From Eledone cirrhosa (taxonomy: Eukaryota): DNA of 64,000 nucleotides. Made by a program: the position numbers and the translations under genes. The number at the start of each line of letters is the position of its first letter. Within the stretch, counting starts at the first letter, position 1. The stretch is taken from the NCBI GenBank assembly GCA_964016885.1, contig OZ024742.1, positions 85,498,001 to 85,562,000 on the forward strand, read 5' to 3'. The notes beneath the pieces are model-generated. The model was not told where the DNA came from. It made no database searches and saw only the letters and a program-made list of their open reading frames with translations. Shown one piece after another: positions 38,633 to 53,636 of the stretch.

Positions 38633-38855
38633 GTTGTATGTGTATGTTTATATATATACATATATACACATACATGTAAGTGTTTATATGTGTATATGTA
38701 TATATATATATTTAAAAAAAATGTGGTTCTTCAACTCTCGTAATATTAGACACGATTTGCTGTTTCTTACTACATATATTATTATAATGGTCAGTATTTA
38801 TACTTTGAGCTTGTTGATTACAGGGCTTCAGTATGCGTTATTAACTCTAACTTTC

Positions 38856-38886
<31 letters not shown>

Positions 38887-38892
38887 ATGGAC

Positions 38893-39252
38893 AAAAAACG
38901 AGGAAGTTTCGTTCACATATTAAAAATATATTTATTATATGCATCGACCTCTTACGCGCTTTTCGCAGAGGATTGGCTCGCGGTCCCCCATTAGAGTTAT
39001 GGACCCAACTCCATTATCGATATGAGCCTCAGACTGGTGATGTGACAAAAAATATATTTTTGTTGTGGTACATGAGATGCAAACGTATATACATAAACAT
39101 CGGTCCTATTTCTTTATGTGTGAGGAGCAGATCAATAGTGAAGTCGGCCCATAACTACTCTGGGCGAACTTAAGCCAATCCTCTGTGAAATGTGTGTAAC
39201 ATCGATACACAATAAAGATATTTCACATGTATACGAAACTTACTCGTTTTTT
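38893..39252. repeat. Old inverted repeat pair with degenerate hammerhead-like 3' half
   Basis: 38893-39021 versus 39131-39252 (cagaggattggct / agccaatcctctg); minus strand reads cGAAA agcgcg TA agag. Confidence 0.75.
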
Positions 39253-39344
39253 CTTTCTTTATATATACTCAGACTGTGCTTAGTGTGCTTGATTTGGTAC
39301 CTACACTAGTAATTTACTGAAACACCTACATTATATATATATAA

Positions 39345-39425
<81 letters not shown>

Positions 39426-39489
39426 TATACATGTAGTGCCCACGCGCAGAAATGCTATAAAGATAACTCATAAAATATCATGAAGACCC

Positions 39490-39633
39490 TTAAAAGACGG
39501 AAAAAGACTATTCCAACGAATTCTATGAGGAATTGAATCCCACATTATCCAGATATCTCCTAGCCGCTATCTGGAAATTATGGGCTTCAATTCCTCATAG
39601 TGGTCGTTGGTAAATTCTTTTTACGTCTCTTAA
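39490..39633. repeat. ~145 bp imperfect hairpin
   Basis: ctatgaggaattgaa..tccagata pairs with tatctgga..ttcaattcctcatag. Confidence 0.85.
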
Positions 39634-40549
39634 CAGTTTGAACCCTATTACATATTCTATCTATATAGCTTCTCTCCGCTCAAGTTCTTTCTTTCTTCTT
39701 ATATATATAAAAGCTAAACATTTGGCTTTATATATTATTTATATATATATATTTATTTATACTTGATATCATGTAAAATTCGACCCCAGGATGTTTAATT
39801 GTTGTATTTATTTTTTTTTTACTAAATATTTTATTATTTCACTAGGACTTCTGAAAGCAAATTTTTACATTGGCCCTTAAATTACTACAATTGGCTACCG
39901 ATGAGCCCACTTGCTATCAGGCAAATTGATGACCTTGCCAGTCCGCTACTGTATACATATATTCTCAGTAATATGTGTCATTCTGTACAGTACTTCAGAC
40001 TGTTTCATTTAAAATTAAGGAGCTGAAATACAATATAATTTTCATTTATTTACCTATTGTAAACTGGTGTGGTAAATAAATATATACATATACACCAGGT
40101 CCGAACAAAATGGAATATAACTCCAAAACAAAAACAGAAACTCGCACCTTCATGTTCCTGATAGAAGGCAATAAAGAACTAATTACTCTCGCAAAATGAA
40201 AACAGGAGAGATGTTCGGCAACAGCATCTTCAAAGTGCTCCAAGCAATTGTGATGGTGCAGATGTCACTAGAACCTTACAGAATTATTAGGGAAAGCTTC
40301 CCCTATCACAATGAAGCACCTAGGATAAAACACCAGCAGGCTACTTAAAATGTTTCCGAGAGAACAACACCAACAAGAAAGGAAGTCCCAACCACTCAAT
40401 CTCCAAAAGACTCCAGAGGGTATGTAGATCTTTCCTCTATTTTTGAACAATCCAAAATGGCCGTTTAAAGAGAGAAAGGTTTGAATGTTCATTTCCTGGT
40501 GTCGTCCAGGAAGCAGTGACACTTGCTATACAACCTCAGATAACTACAT

Positions 40550-42040
40550 AAGGATGTCACTTTTGTCAGCGTGACCAGGATTTTCGACAACCGCCCACTA
40601 GCCCACCATTTTCAACGAGTATCAGATCTTCGCATACTTAGTTGGCCCTGAATAGAAGGTGGGGTGACAGTGCTCTTCAGGAAAGGACAGGATCTCAAGG
40701 TAAGGTCGATCCTCCAGGACCCAGACTTTAATTTGTTGGTCCTGGACGTGAGCAAAAGCAAAGATGGTGTCTTTAGACTGGTGGTCATCTAATCCCCGAC
40801 CGGGGCCGGATGGCCGGTGTGATTTTTCCAGAAAGGCCTGGAATCCTTTCTGGCAAAGTCTCGCCCTTTACTGTTAGTGGGATACGGGAATGGCATCTCA
40901 GACGCTTGGGTTTGTGTGGGAGTATCTGATAGGAGCGGGGGTTATAAAAGCCTCAATTACCTTACAGCCAGTTCCAGCTCTCTGGCAGGTACCGACTAGA
41001 TTTCCTTAATGCTCCAGGACCTGGACCAACGGCATAGGATCGTCTACATTGAATATAGGTAGGCTCATTGTTAGGTCATTAGATAAGAATAGAGTAGGCT
41101 ATCCACATCTTCAAACGGTTCGGTCAGCTATTCAGATGGGAATTTTGCGATCTGTATTATCGACCAAGATATAACACGCAGGTTAAGACCTGGTTACTCG
41201 TATCTTATTATGTTGTTCCCGTCAAGTAAAGCTTTCAGGGTCATAGTCATCCCTTTAAATAAGTGTATGTAAACATGACAGGGGTTATCGACAACAGGTA
41301 ATGGGTGGCTTTCAAGAGAGAAATTAGAGTAATCTCGTTAGGATTAACTAGAGAATGAGTGCTAGAAAAAATAGGAAGGCGGGTGACCTGGTAGCTACAT
41401 TTGATGAGGCTATTTATAGGGTTATTGTGACTGACGCGCTTGCAGCAAGAATGGCATTAGACCATTTCTTCAATGCGAATCTCGAAGTTTGCATAATCAG
41501 AGTTAAATACCGTGCTCCAAGAAATAAAGGAACTAAAGCTCGTCGGTGGGCCCTCGTTGCCGATGAACAGCGGTGCAACAAAAACCACGTTTCAGTCTTT
41601 TTTAGAACAATACGAACGCGTGCTGTAAGATTACAAGGTGATGAGTGTGTGGGCTTTCTCCAACACTTCACTCGACTGTTCGAAGAAGACGGAGGGACAG
41701 TGATTGAGGCGGATTTCAGTTCATTACTCAGAGGCCTACACCGACACTCCTCAGCCGACGCTGATTGCTGCGAAAGTTCGATAATGTCAGCAGAGTTTAG
41801 GGATGCCCTGGTTGGTTGCCTTAGATGGTTTGGCCTACGAGTTTTACGTAAAAATGCTAGACTTGTTCGCCGATCCCCTCGAAGCGCTTTACTGCAACTT
41901 GCAGCAGAACTGGGTTATTCCTAGTTCTGCGAGCCGGGGTGCGCTAACGCTGAAAACTATAGACAAGACCAAGAGGAGCACTGAGGAAAATTTCGAATCC
42001 ATAACTCTGTTAAACAGAGAGTTCAAGATTTTGGTCAAGG
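40550..42040 (+). mobile_element. Tx1/L1-like LINE ORF2 relic (APE to start of RT)
   Basis: GGVTVLFRK..LLVLDV..FRLVVI*SP (APE); CIIRVKYR; LDGLAYEFY and SITLLNREFKILVKV (RT motifs PGxDGLPxEFY, RPITLLN). Confidence 0.85.
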
Positions 42041-42181
42041 TGTCAACCCCGATGCCCAAGTTCGCGTGGGTTTTTTTGTGGAAGCCGCCCATGCATAACG
42101 GTATCATCCCTCCACCTATATCGTACAAGTTATTCCTACAGAATGATTGTGAGGTAGAGAGAGGTAGGGGGAGAGAAAGAG

Positions 42182-42185
<4 letters not shown>

Positions 42186-42267
<82 letters not shown>

Positions 42268-42300
42268 AGACAGAAGGAGAGGGAGATTGAGAGAGATAAT
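42186..42300. repeat. (GA)n microsatellite
   Basis: Direct reading. Confidence 0.95.
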
Positions 42301-42999
42301 TGAATCAAATATGCCAACCGCTTTATAAGGGCTACCAAACCTGACAAAACCAAACGGGGAGTACCATGAATAAATGTTCCTCAAAATAAGGTAAACAGCT
42401 ATACTCATTTTCGCAAGAGAAGAGACAGCTCGCCTACCCCAAAGGCTATTGCAAATCTTCCCCTCCGAAGTTAAGAGTTGACACATTTGGTTATATTGAT
42501 TGGAAATGATATATTATCGTGGTAGGTGTAATTTACGATTATTTCGTCATTTACACATGTCCGGAAATGTAGCTTATCATTAATTTCTAACTTTTCGTGG
42601 TCACTGATATGAAAATCTAGAACCCCAGGACTCCGATATGCTAGACTGTAAATATAGTTTAAGCTGAATATGAAAATCAGAATTCACCACCATCACTATA
42701 TCTATCCACCACTATATCACAATGATTGATATCATTTTCCCATCATTTCAACACTACACCTATTAAATTTAAATAGACATATCTGAGATAATTAAGCCGC
42801 TGCAACTCGGACATGCTAGAACCGATTTATTAATGTGTATGGGATGAATAACTTATGTAAGTAATTGCAGTAATTCATACACCATCACAATCGTCTTTGG
42901 TAGAATTAAGAACCACACACACGTTGAATCAAACACTTTATGAGGATAGGATCTTTGCCAGTCACTAAAATAAAATATTGCTATTCATACTAATTTTGT

Positions 43000-43980
43000 T
43001 TTACGATTGCTGGTCTCTAATAGCATCTTTATTTAAGACAAATGTTATCGAATTTTTGGACAGCGACACCATTGATGCCTATTTTGTGCTGTACTCAGTC
43101 AGTTTTAAACCCATTATATCATTGAATAGAGCAGGTTGAGATCTTTTTGTTGTACCATTAATTATTTTTCTCCCCTCTCCGTACGTATCAAAAGAAATGA
43201 AAAGAGCCAATTTGAAGATCGTGTTTTGGAGCCAAGAAGAAACAAATGACAGGGAAATGTTGTTTCTTACACTGCCCAAAATACGCATAAGTTTGTGCAT
43301 AAAACAATTCTTGAATCTGTGGAGTGTTCCCTTTAAAGAATTGATCTCGGAGCCTTACCAAGGAGCAGAAGCTGGATATTCTCACTGTACAAGCCAAATA
43401 TCATAATGAACATGTCGTGCTGCTCAGTAATAAATGACCTGGGCGAAGAAAGAAGGCAGATGCCACGAACCGTACTACGAATGCCATTGGTCGACGAAAT
43501 AAGCTCTGCGGCGAAATTTGGACCACATTGGTTGAGACTGAAGATATTTTGGAGCAGAAGTTGACTGGAAATCGAAATCCAAAGGCTTCCGTAGTTCCTG
43601 ATGTGACTTCTGCAATGCAGAAATTCGGATGACTCACACCAGGACTGTTACGTGCGATGTGATGTACTATATTATCGAAAATTGTTTCATTGCTACTGAC
43701 CGTGATCAACGAATGCATGTCCAAGCAGCTCTGCTATCTGTTCAAAGATTCTTTTAGCGAAAACGATGCCGTCGAGAAAAGAAGAAAGGACTGATATGCT
43801 ACAAGCTCCGTGCCAAGAACATTAGTATGCAGGAACTCTACACAGTCAGATAAGTCTCTCTCAACGTAGCGATGAAGCGACGAATTGTGAAAGATTTACG
43901 AGTATATTAGACACACTGAATACAATGAAGAGTCCGAAGATGAAGTCAGTGATGATGAAAGTCATATTTCAGGCAGTTGA
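43000..43980 (+). pseudogene. Highly diverged Chapaev3-like (RAG1/Transib-related) transposase relic
   Basis: Colinear motifs CLFC..HYI, DREMLFLTLPKIRISLCIKQF (cf. DREKILLPPLHIKLGLMKQF), GNR..AMQKFG*, YIIENC..TDRDQRMH (cf. YFPENLG..SDEQGERFHQ), then an acidic tail. Consensus recalled from memory. Confidence 0.5.
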
Positions 43981-44400
43981 GATGACGAGAACTTCAATAA
44001 ATGATAAAATACACTACTTATTACCCTGGTTTCCTTTATTTTCTCTAAAAATCGAAGAATGTTCATAACTTTTGAACCAGAATTACAAAACTTGCAAACT
44101 ATATTTTATCCTACTCGTCAAAACTATATTTATCTCTCACTCTGTCCCCTCCGGGGAATTATTCCATAGCAAATGAGAAAATCGATGATGGTTTTAATCG
44201 TGAATATATATCTCATACCGAATGATAAAATAACAAATGACTCCAGGATGGTTCAATATGCAATGTTTTTCTTTCATCATAATTTTATTCATTTTCCGAT
44301 ACTGTATGCAACATGGGAACTCCTGCAATATAATTAAATCTTCTATGTATCCATTAACGATCTGCCTATCTATCTGTCTGTCTATATGTATATGCATGTA

Positions 44401-44434
<34 letters not shown>

Positions 44435-44611
44435 CCTCTTCATATATCTATGTATATACTTCCACAGTTCATTGAGGACTTTTGCATGAATTTACATAAT
44501 TCCACATGTCAAAAAAGAAGGTCTATATGTGTAGAATGATAGAAATTATCTTGAGATTCTTTCTGACGTATATCTACAATGCACTCGACGATACAATCTG
44601 GGAGCAATCCA

Positions 44612-45400
44612 ATACGAGGTCTGAAACATTGAGGTTCCCTAATCAGATACTCATTTATTTTGGAGATTGTACTAGTTATATGGAGCGTAGATCGGCCACA
44701 ATCGTTTGCGCCCCAAGCATTACTATGCATATACAACTCTGGAGTGATAGGGCTTCATACACTTAGAATCACTACTACACGATCGTAGTGATTCTAACTC
44801 CTCTTACCTTGGGGACACCTGTCATTACCAAGCTGCACAGAGTCTAGCCAAGTGTTTACATTCCTCAGTAAAACAACTTTATAGTAAGTAACATCGACAC
44901 ATGCATTGAGGAAAGAAGTTAGGATGTATGGCATCTAACTCGTTGTGCACGATCCACAGAACTATCACAGTTGCCCGACTGCATAACCAGCTTGCATTCC
45001 ATTGATTGGCTATTTGGTCCTGATTAGTGAGATTTTTTTTCATTACAGAAAAACAAAGTATTCTAAACTTTTCTCAGCACACGCTTGGATCAGACTGCTA
45101 TATTCTATCTTTGGATACATGAATTGACCACTGTTTCACATATGGTTTGTAACGAATGATGTCATGAGCAATTCTTTCGATTGTGTACCCTGAAAACGTG
45201 AGCTCCTTTAGCCATGGATCAAGTTGAATCTTTAAGTTATATTGTCGATAATTTCTGCGCTCTTTGTAGAAACCTTGGTGATTTGACGGTATTAGGACCC
45301 TTAAAATTGGTTTTAGGTTTAGAGACTGGTATCTAACTCCGTTCAACGTATTCCAACATGTTGCGAAATTGAAAACAAATGCCCGTGCAACTTTCTGGAA
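44612..45400 (-). mobile_element. Tc1/mariner-superfamily remnant
   Basis: KELTFSGYTIERIAHDIIRYKPYV resembles the second HTH; tacgagg TIR-like start at 44613. Confidence 0.4.
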
Positions 45401-45555
45401 ATGAACAAATTATAAATCATTCTGTACTGCTTTAATTCAACAATTACCGAGAAACATTTTAATTGTTTGTTATCTGAATATAAATGATAATTAAAACAAT
45501 TTAGAAAGAACTGTTATAAGGTTATAAGACTTTTAATGAAACCATGAGGCAATCT

Positions 45556-45621
<66 letters not shown>

Positions 45622-46173
45622 TATTGTTCTGCATCCTCCTGCATTGAACCACCTAGGTACTATGACATAACCTGTGTATTTGCTGGCATAGGCGTGCATC
45701 TGTGCGCTTATGTTAGTTGATATATTAAATTATCTATATTTATCTCCAAATCACTGATTTGTCGAGCAAACCTGCCAAAACCACTTCTAAAAAATTTTTT
45801 TTTTGGGGGGTGTTAGTAGGCGTCTGTCATCTTACCATCCCATTCCTTCTGACTAGCCTCTGTGTCACGTGATTGATTCTTTAGAATCGGCCATTTGACT
45901 AGAGGCAGTGAGGATTTCAGTGCATTGAAATCAGTCCTCGCTATCTGTTCCATCTACCGAATTATTATTATTTTTATATGAGCCGCCAGTGTCCGCGCAT
46001 TGCCTGGAGACTTAGCTGAGAATAGACTCCCTGATGACGCAATGAATTTTCGACAGTTAGTTTACGTAACTGTCTTTATCCCATTGCAGAAACTAATTAG
46101 TTTGAGTGAAAATTTAAGTAAGTAGGTAAACATTTAAAAAAAAAATTTTTTTAAAAGATTTTCTTATTTTACG

Positions 46174-46218
<45 letters not shown>

Positions 46219-46325
46219 CATTATCGGAGAAAGCTTTTTAGCGATACTCCGGCCAAATTCCAACTCACTCAACAAACATTAGGAAATAAGTGAGTATATT
46301 CCATATATGTATATATATATATACA

Positions 46326-46843
46326 CTACGAGGTCCACTCAAGTTATTTAGAGTGTTTAACACAGTCAAAACACAGCATTCTAGTGTCCAACAAAGTAGG
46401 ATCCTCCAACTTCAATGTACTTCTCTTGGCCTCCAAAGTGAATGGTTTATAGGCGCTTGTCACCACCTCCTTCATCTCCCCCACATGACCAAAGTGGATA
46501 GCCCTGAGCTTCTATTTCTAATTCCAGCACATTCACAAGTCACATGGGGATATGTCCGGACCTATTGGAGGGCGAATGTCTTGATCACCATATCTGCCAA
46601 GTAGTTGGTCACCAGGCTAGATTAATGGTAGCAGGGATTGCCCGATGCAAGTGACACTGAATAGACATGAAGAGTTCTGGACTCTTGCGAAGAAATTTCT
46701 TTCTGAACTGCCTCAACATTTCTACATAATACACTTTGATGACTCTCTGGCGTTGGAGCACTCAGTGTATGTATATCATGCCCTTACCGTTGAAGAATGG
46801 GATCATCATGTGCTAGTCTGTAGACGTGCTTTGCCTGACTTGA
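46326..46843 (-). mobile_element. mariner transposase 3' remnant with TIR
   Basis: MIPFFNGKGMIYIH..YYVEMLRQFRKKFLRKSPELF, C-terminal KYIEVGGSYF, TA-CGAGG terminus. Confidence 0.85.
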
Positions 46844-46852
46844 GTATACCTC

Positions 46853-46885
<33 letters not shown>

Positions 46886-46903
46886 TGTATGTATGTATGT
46901 ATG

Positions 46904-46964
<61 letters not shown>

Positions 46965-47540
46965 CAGGTCACCAGTTGGTGCTACTTGTAACATGTATCC
47001 CAGTACAACCTGTCCCATGGTCAGGTCGTTGGCGACTAAACTGGCAACCCCACCAAGGTTTCTTGGTGACTTTGGACATCCTGCAGGACTAAAAACAAAA
47101 CCTGTCAAAGGGCAAAAGAGCTCTTAAGAATCAATGGCCATCCAAAATCACCGGGAGAGATGACCCCTTACCATTTGTCAAGGCAAAATTCTAGGAGAAG
47201 GAAAACTCTGATATAACACCTGCAACCTGATGGTATCCAATGATGTTGACATGTTCTTCTTTTTGGTAAATATCATCTTGCTTTGTGCAGTGCTTTGCTC
47301 ACTATAAAAGCTTCACGGCACAGGCATTGCTTTATATCTGGAGATCTCTCTGCACTTGTCGTCACATGGTACCATGGGCCAAGCACTATGTGTCAATAAT
47401 TCTCACAAGTGTAGTGTTTGTACCAGAGTTTTCAAGTCTCTAGCTGGACTAAACAGTCACACTCGTTCAGCGCATCAGTAGGGGTTGTCCTACATGGATA
47501 TAACGTAGTGGCCGTACTCGAAAACGAGTTGGCAACCACC

Positions 47541-47590
<50 letters not shown>

Positions 47591-47640
47591 TCAGGTGTGA
47601 AGGTTCACCACTGGATAGAGCTGGACAATTCCGTATGGTC

Positions 47641-47698
47641 AATCTTGATCATTTCAATGACCGGGTTCCGTATGAATCCGGTGATATCATCAGGTATT
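47641..47698 (-). ncRNA. Degenerate hammerhead motif in a pLTR remnant
   Basis: CTGATGA t ATCACCGGATTC-atacg-GAACCCGGTCAT t GAAA TGATCA; the cleavage triplet is lost. Confidence 0.5.
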
Positions 47699-47859
47699 CG
47701 AAATATAACAAATGAATGTAATAGATAAAATCCATGGGGCTGAAAATGATAGACCGGAGGACGACCGACCATCTAGCATCCTCCACTTTAGCCGGTCGCC
47801 CTCAAGTGCTGGCTATTCGGGATACTTGAGGTAATCTAGTGCCCCTTCACTAGATTGCC

Positions 47860-48045
47860 TCAAGTAGACAGAATAGCCACCTCAATACTAACGCTTCCTC
47901 ATTTAAGAAACACCTAGTGAAATGCAAAAACACCGACAAAACCATAACAGTTAGGATAGAAACTAAGGAAAGAAACCTCGGCAATCTTAGAATTAAGGAA
48001 GCAGTAATTATAGACAAAACACAACCACCAATCAATAATATTTAA
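47860..48045 (+). mobile_element. PLE GIY-YIG C-terminal fragment
   Basis: HLNTNASSFKKHLVKC..ERNLGNLRIKEAVII..PPINN, homologous to 22582-22863. Confidence 0.85.
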
Positions 48046-48223
48046 ACGTATGTTATTACTCTAAGGTCCTATCTTATCGAGTGCTTTGCTAACTCATCAT
48101 TTCATATAAGTAGGCCGAATTTACTTGCAAACCGCCAGAGATTCGGTTTTACTGGTTTCCAATTATATACATATATATATATATATTTAAGCAACATCGC
48201 TACCATTAACCCCCTCCCCCCCC

Positions 48224-48255
<32 letters not shown>

Positions 48256-48268
48256 GATATAGATAGAT

Positions 48269-48369
<101 letters not shown>

Positions 48370-48525
48370 TGGAAACTGAATGCAAAGTAAAACTGCCTAA
48401 ACAGTAAAATATTGTCAATGTAGACGCTAGGTAAAGAATTACCTAAAAGACATAAACAAGCGGCTGTAAGTTTGTTGGTCCAGAGAAGTGGTAGAGAGAA
48501 GTAGAGAGAGAGAGGGAGAGAGAGA

Positions 48526-48591
<66 letters not shown>

Positions 48592-49489
48592 GAGAGAGAG
48601 AGAGCATGGAAGAATGAAAAGGTACGAGACAAAATAACACACACCATGACGTTGCGTAATCATCCCCGGTACTGGCATGCAGTTGCTCGTGAATTTAAAC
48701 TCTGGGTCCCATATATGATTGCTCGTGCGTGCAACAGAAATAAAGATATTTCTGCTCGTATGAAGTGTGCCTGCCAAAATAAACAAAGAGGTGCCCAGAC
48801 AGATAGATCGAAGCGGGAGAGATGTGGGACACGTCTGTTCAATGCCAAATCAGAACAAGAAAGGAAAATGCGAAATAGTCACACAGAAAATGCCCGTGTG
48901 CAAAGGTAGAGAGAAAGTGGAGGGTAACAGGAATGAGGGTGGGAAGAAGACATAGGAAGAAAGGGAGAGAGACAATGAGAATGTAGTGATAAATCAAGGC
49001 GACGAGGTGGAAAGAGGAATAAAATGACTAGCAAGAAAAGAGAAGGGTGGTGAGAGATAGAATGAGTGATAGGGGGTACGGTGAAAAGGCAAGAATTTCT
49101 AATCAGTTTAACTGCCAAAACAGAAAATTACTTGTAGCTGTGAAAACATGTAAACTAACTGTTGTCTCGAAATTCGAGGTGGAGGGAAAGTATATTAGAA
49201 TGTATAGAATAACGAGAACTCATCGCAAAGAAAACTGCCAAAATAGAAAATGAAAGGCAACAAGGAGGTGAGGAGAGAGAAAGGATGAACGTAATGACAG
49301 GTTAAGGTGGTAGGAAGAGGAGGGAGGGGAGTATAGGGAAGGGATGAAAACAACTTTTAAGGGAAAAAGAGAGAAAGATAGACAGAAATGAAGAAAGGTA
49401 GGGAGAAGGAAAAGGAAAAGGGAAGAAAGGGCCAACGGATTTCCAAACAGGTTATCTGCCCAAAATACCAAACTACTTATAAGTGACAA

Positions 49490-50100
49490 AATGTAAACAA
49501 AGTGTTGGGTAAAGTCTTACTTCTCAGGACAAACACATTCCCAACCGCTTATTCCTGTCCTTCAGGTAAATCTACCCAACACTTTGTTTACATGTTGTAT
49601 GTTTGTCAGGGAGTATGTGTTGGAAAACAATGAGAGCCTCTTCCGTCAAAAACCATTTTGATATATGATGTAACCAAGACATGATGGTCAGCATAGACGC
49701 GAGTAAAAGGAATACGGGAATTTTGAGAATTAAGGAGTCGATTTTTATCAGCAGATTAAAGGCAGAAATATATTTGCTAGAAAGGCATGAGGCGAAATGG
49801 TTACTATAGTAACCTCACGCATGCTCATGTATAATTCAAACACATGGGACCAGTTACAGAAGACAGCTTAAATCGTTAGCTTGCTTTATATAAGACTGTT
49901 TCAGTCTCACACCTGAAAAGTGGGTATTAGCCTAGAAATACACTGGGTACAACATTGCTTTTTTGTTTTGTCTTGTTTCATTTGCCCATCGTATTTTTTA
50001 CAGCTTTGTACCGGTTTTAAAACCCTTACCGGTCATTTACTACGTATCTCACAATGCTTCGTGCTGGAATTCGTGTTCCCATTAATTTCTGATATATTCC
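49490..50100 (+). mobile_element. PLE GIY-YIG fragment and pLTR, preceded by a ~100 bp fold-back
   Basis: Inverted repeat atgtaaacaaagtgttgggta / tacccaacactttgtttacat; ASSVKNH..GILRIKESIFI; degenerate hammerhead at 49908-49947. Confidence 0.65.
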
Positions 50101-53100
50101 TTTAAATATGTGGTTCAATTTCACAGGCATGTTGTGCTTAGAGCAAATTCTATTATATAATTTGTCTCCTGACGAATATAATGTTCAGTTATTTTCGTTT
50201 GTAATGGTGAATTCGTACAATGTACATTACTCACATTTTTCTTCAGTAATCATCTGCAACAACTAAAAAGTATGTTTTGTGAAAATCAAATATTATTGTA
50301 AGGACTTTTTCTATAGCAAATTTATTTCTAATGAGGGTGGTTTGCACTCATGTGGCCAACATTCTTAATTAATAGTACCTTTAAATCAAGTTTATGTCAC
50401 CAAGAATGTTGTTGTGCATTTTTGTGGCTTTTACGTTCTATCCACTATTCACAACGATAACATTTAAAGAATTATGTTTAGCAGCCTAAAATCTGAAATG
50501 TATCTTCATTTTAACTGATGCAGTGCGTCAAGTGATTAACCTAAAATCATGTTTACATAACAATTTACGTTGATGAAAAAGATTTATGAGCCATTTCAAT
50601 GTAATAATGCAACACATTTTAGTTTCTTTAGTGCTTATATAGCATTTATTAACGCTGATTTTGTGATAGTGTTTTCAATATATATTCAGTAGTGTCGTAT
50701 ACACAGAGACAAACAGTAACGTACACTGAATTTTCATGAACGTATATTTCATAATTTATCTCTAAAATATTCATTGGGTCATGGAGTGAAAAACATCACA
50801 CATAATGGATTGTATTGGTTTCAGTAATTCTCTGTCATATTTTAAATCACTGTTTTTGTGATCTCTTAGTATCTCTATATACTGAAGTTTATTGATGTTC
50901 GTTATCTCATATATTAATAGACCTGATAGTTTTTAATACTATCTGTTAAGGTTCATGTAATCATAAACCGTACCAATTGAGATATTAGCAAAATAGTGAA
51001 CAAGTGGTAAAATGTAATTTATATATGTATTTCATCGTGTTTGTTATATTACTACAAAGGTAGAATAGCAACAACTTTACCAACAACAAGATGTTCTCGT
51101 CTATGTACTTTCGTTTGACCATTTAGGCGAGTTCACTTTAGTTCTATCCTAAAACCCCGCGATAGAAATATAAAATGTTTAAGTGAATTAGTTTGTCGAG
51201 GAATATATATTTAATTATTCCTAGTAATTAAATAAATTTGATGTAATTTATATATTTGGGCCTATTTTATATAACACAAAGATAAAAGACTGTTCGTATC
51301 AAATGAAAATACAATAAATTTGTCGTGCACAGATCTTTAGATATAACTGGTCCTTAGGAAATAATAGAATTTTGATTTGTGTGTTCACAATTGCATATGA
51401 TGTATATATGATACAAAAAGAGTGGTACTTGTTGAAGTTTACCTAACAAAACACATTCTAAATATACGAAATAGTATCAGATGAAAAAAGTATTGACAAA
51501 GGCTACCGTGAAATCTTGAACCGAGGGCTATATGGGGCAGTGACAATTAAAAGCTGATAAATATATTTTTCAAAATAACCTAGCTCATGCATGACTGATG
51601 ACATGATTGGTTGGAGGAGAGCAAATGGTGATAAATTAAATATTTGCTGGTTGTGTTTCAATGTTTAAAATATTTATTTGATATATTGTGTTAATGTCAA
51701 TAAATATATACTAAATGTGATAACGCTGAGTGTCCTTTAACACATTCTATCCAATATCTGATAAATGGAAATTGCGTTTTTCGAGTGGTATCAATATATA
51801 CACCGTTATGGTTATCTTAGACGCAACGCATCGTAATGTTTTTTGTCTTTGTTCAATAGATTAACATACAAGACAATACAGAGAGAAATACCAAACATTT
51901 ATAGTTGCCTATAACATAAAGTAATTGAAGGACGACAGTAATAACTGAGTATGTAAGTAGCAGCTGAATGCATGTTTTCTTAAAACATGAGAGAACATTT
52001 TCTATGTGTACTCTACGTGATTTGAAGGAAAACAGACTAGGAGAGAAGAGATTTTGTTTTAGAGTGTACTAATTAGCGACTTTTGTTGGATAAGCTATCT
52101 CTGATGATGTATTTAAGATCGGTAAAGAACTCATAGCATCGGAACACAGGGTCGGGCTGCAATAATAGAAAAACAAATTTTACTCGTCATTATGTTAATG
52201 AAGGTATTCTTTACTTTCTAAATGAATGATTTGGAGATTTTATTCGGTTATTTTGTAGATGAAGCTCTGAGTTAAGAATTGGTGTCTTTCCCAGACCAGT
52301 ATGTTTTGTGTCTCTGAGGTTCCACTTAATATGTTGTATCGATAAATGTTGGAAGCGCATATGCAGGAACGTAATTCAAGTTGTGAGAGGTCATTAGATG
52401 GAAATGTGCTTAGCGCATAATGAATGGATTGGCATTGGAAACAATAAGGGCAAAGAGAAAGGCAAAGACAATAATATTGGGTGTGCATGAACAAAATATA
52501 GCACAAAGATCAGCCATATTTGTGGAGCATTCACGTTTCTGTCTCATTATTTTTAATGTTTTTATATTTTAGTTGATAACAATTAGTCGGTTGAACTCTC
52601 ACACGATGCCCTGTAGGATGGGAGTTGAGGATGAGAATATTCTCGATATAAAGTATTTCATATCTCCCGATGAACATAGACATGAAATATTGTGAAATTT
52701 TAAATGTGTGAGTGATATGTGGGGTACATATACGTTCAATTCTTGTATCATTCGCAGATAAAACATCAATGACTTAGGCAGATATGTAGAAAATTTAATT
52801 TTAGAGAGTCATCGAAAGGATCTGCGAATCGGACAGACGTATAATAATATATAAAAGAGAACAGTTTAAAGCGACAAATATAAAATCAGGTCTTGTTTAA
52901 TTTGTTTGACATTCCTTATTTTTGGACCCGGTCATATTATTGCTAGTAAAGGCCTATAATAAATCAGCACTCAACGCAGTTCTAGCAGGGAAGAGGCTAA
53001 ATGACATTGAATATTCCTGTATATGACTTTATAAGAATACATAATATTACAATGAATCACTGCCCTGGGAAAATATCGTTTTCAAATATGATCACTATGA

Positions 53101-53508
53101 TTGTCTGCATATAAATATTTAATATATTGATCTACATTGATTAATACGAACACTGATTTAGCTGATGAATTATTTATCGAGCCTTAAAACTATATATTAT
53201 TCAAAATTACAAATAGAAATGCAGATGTATATGTTATATATGTGTATGTTGTATATAAACGCACACTCACACAACCCATATACATATCTTTATACATAAA
53301 ATACACAACTCTGTCAAGAATATACCAAAATCATACCACTAGTGCCACATATCTTAATACAGGAATGTATAGATTTTAACAAGATATGTATGGATAGGAT
53401 AGGACTTAGTAAAAATGCCATAACCATATACCTCACTGATGTTTAAGTTTATATGGCTATGCAGTTGTGTACATACACTTATATACATGCACGGAAGTTA
53501 TAGACACA

Positions 53509-53636
<128 letters not shown>

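Noticed and set aside
41355-41924. 189-aa ORF as a host gene
   Set aside because: It lies between APE and RT relics and is part of LINE ORF2.
46025-46060. CTGATGA motif
   Set aside because: No stem II or GAAA follows.
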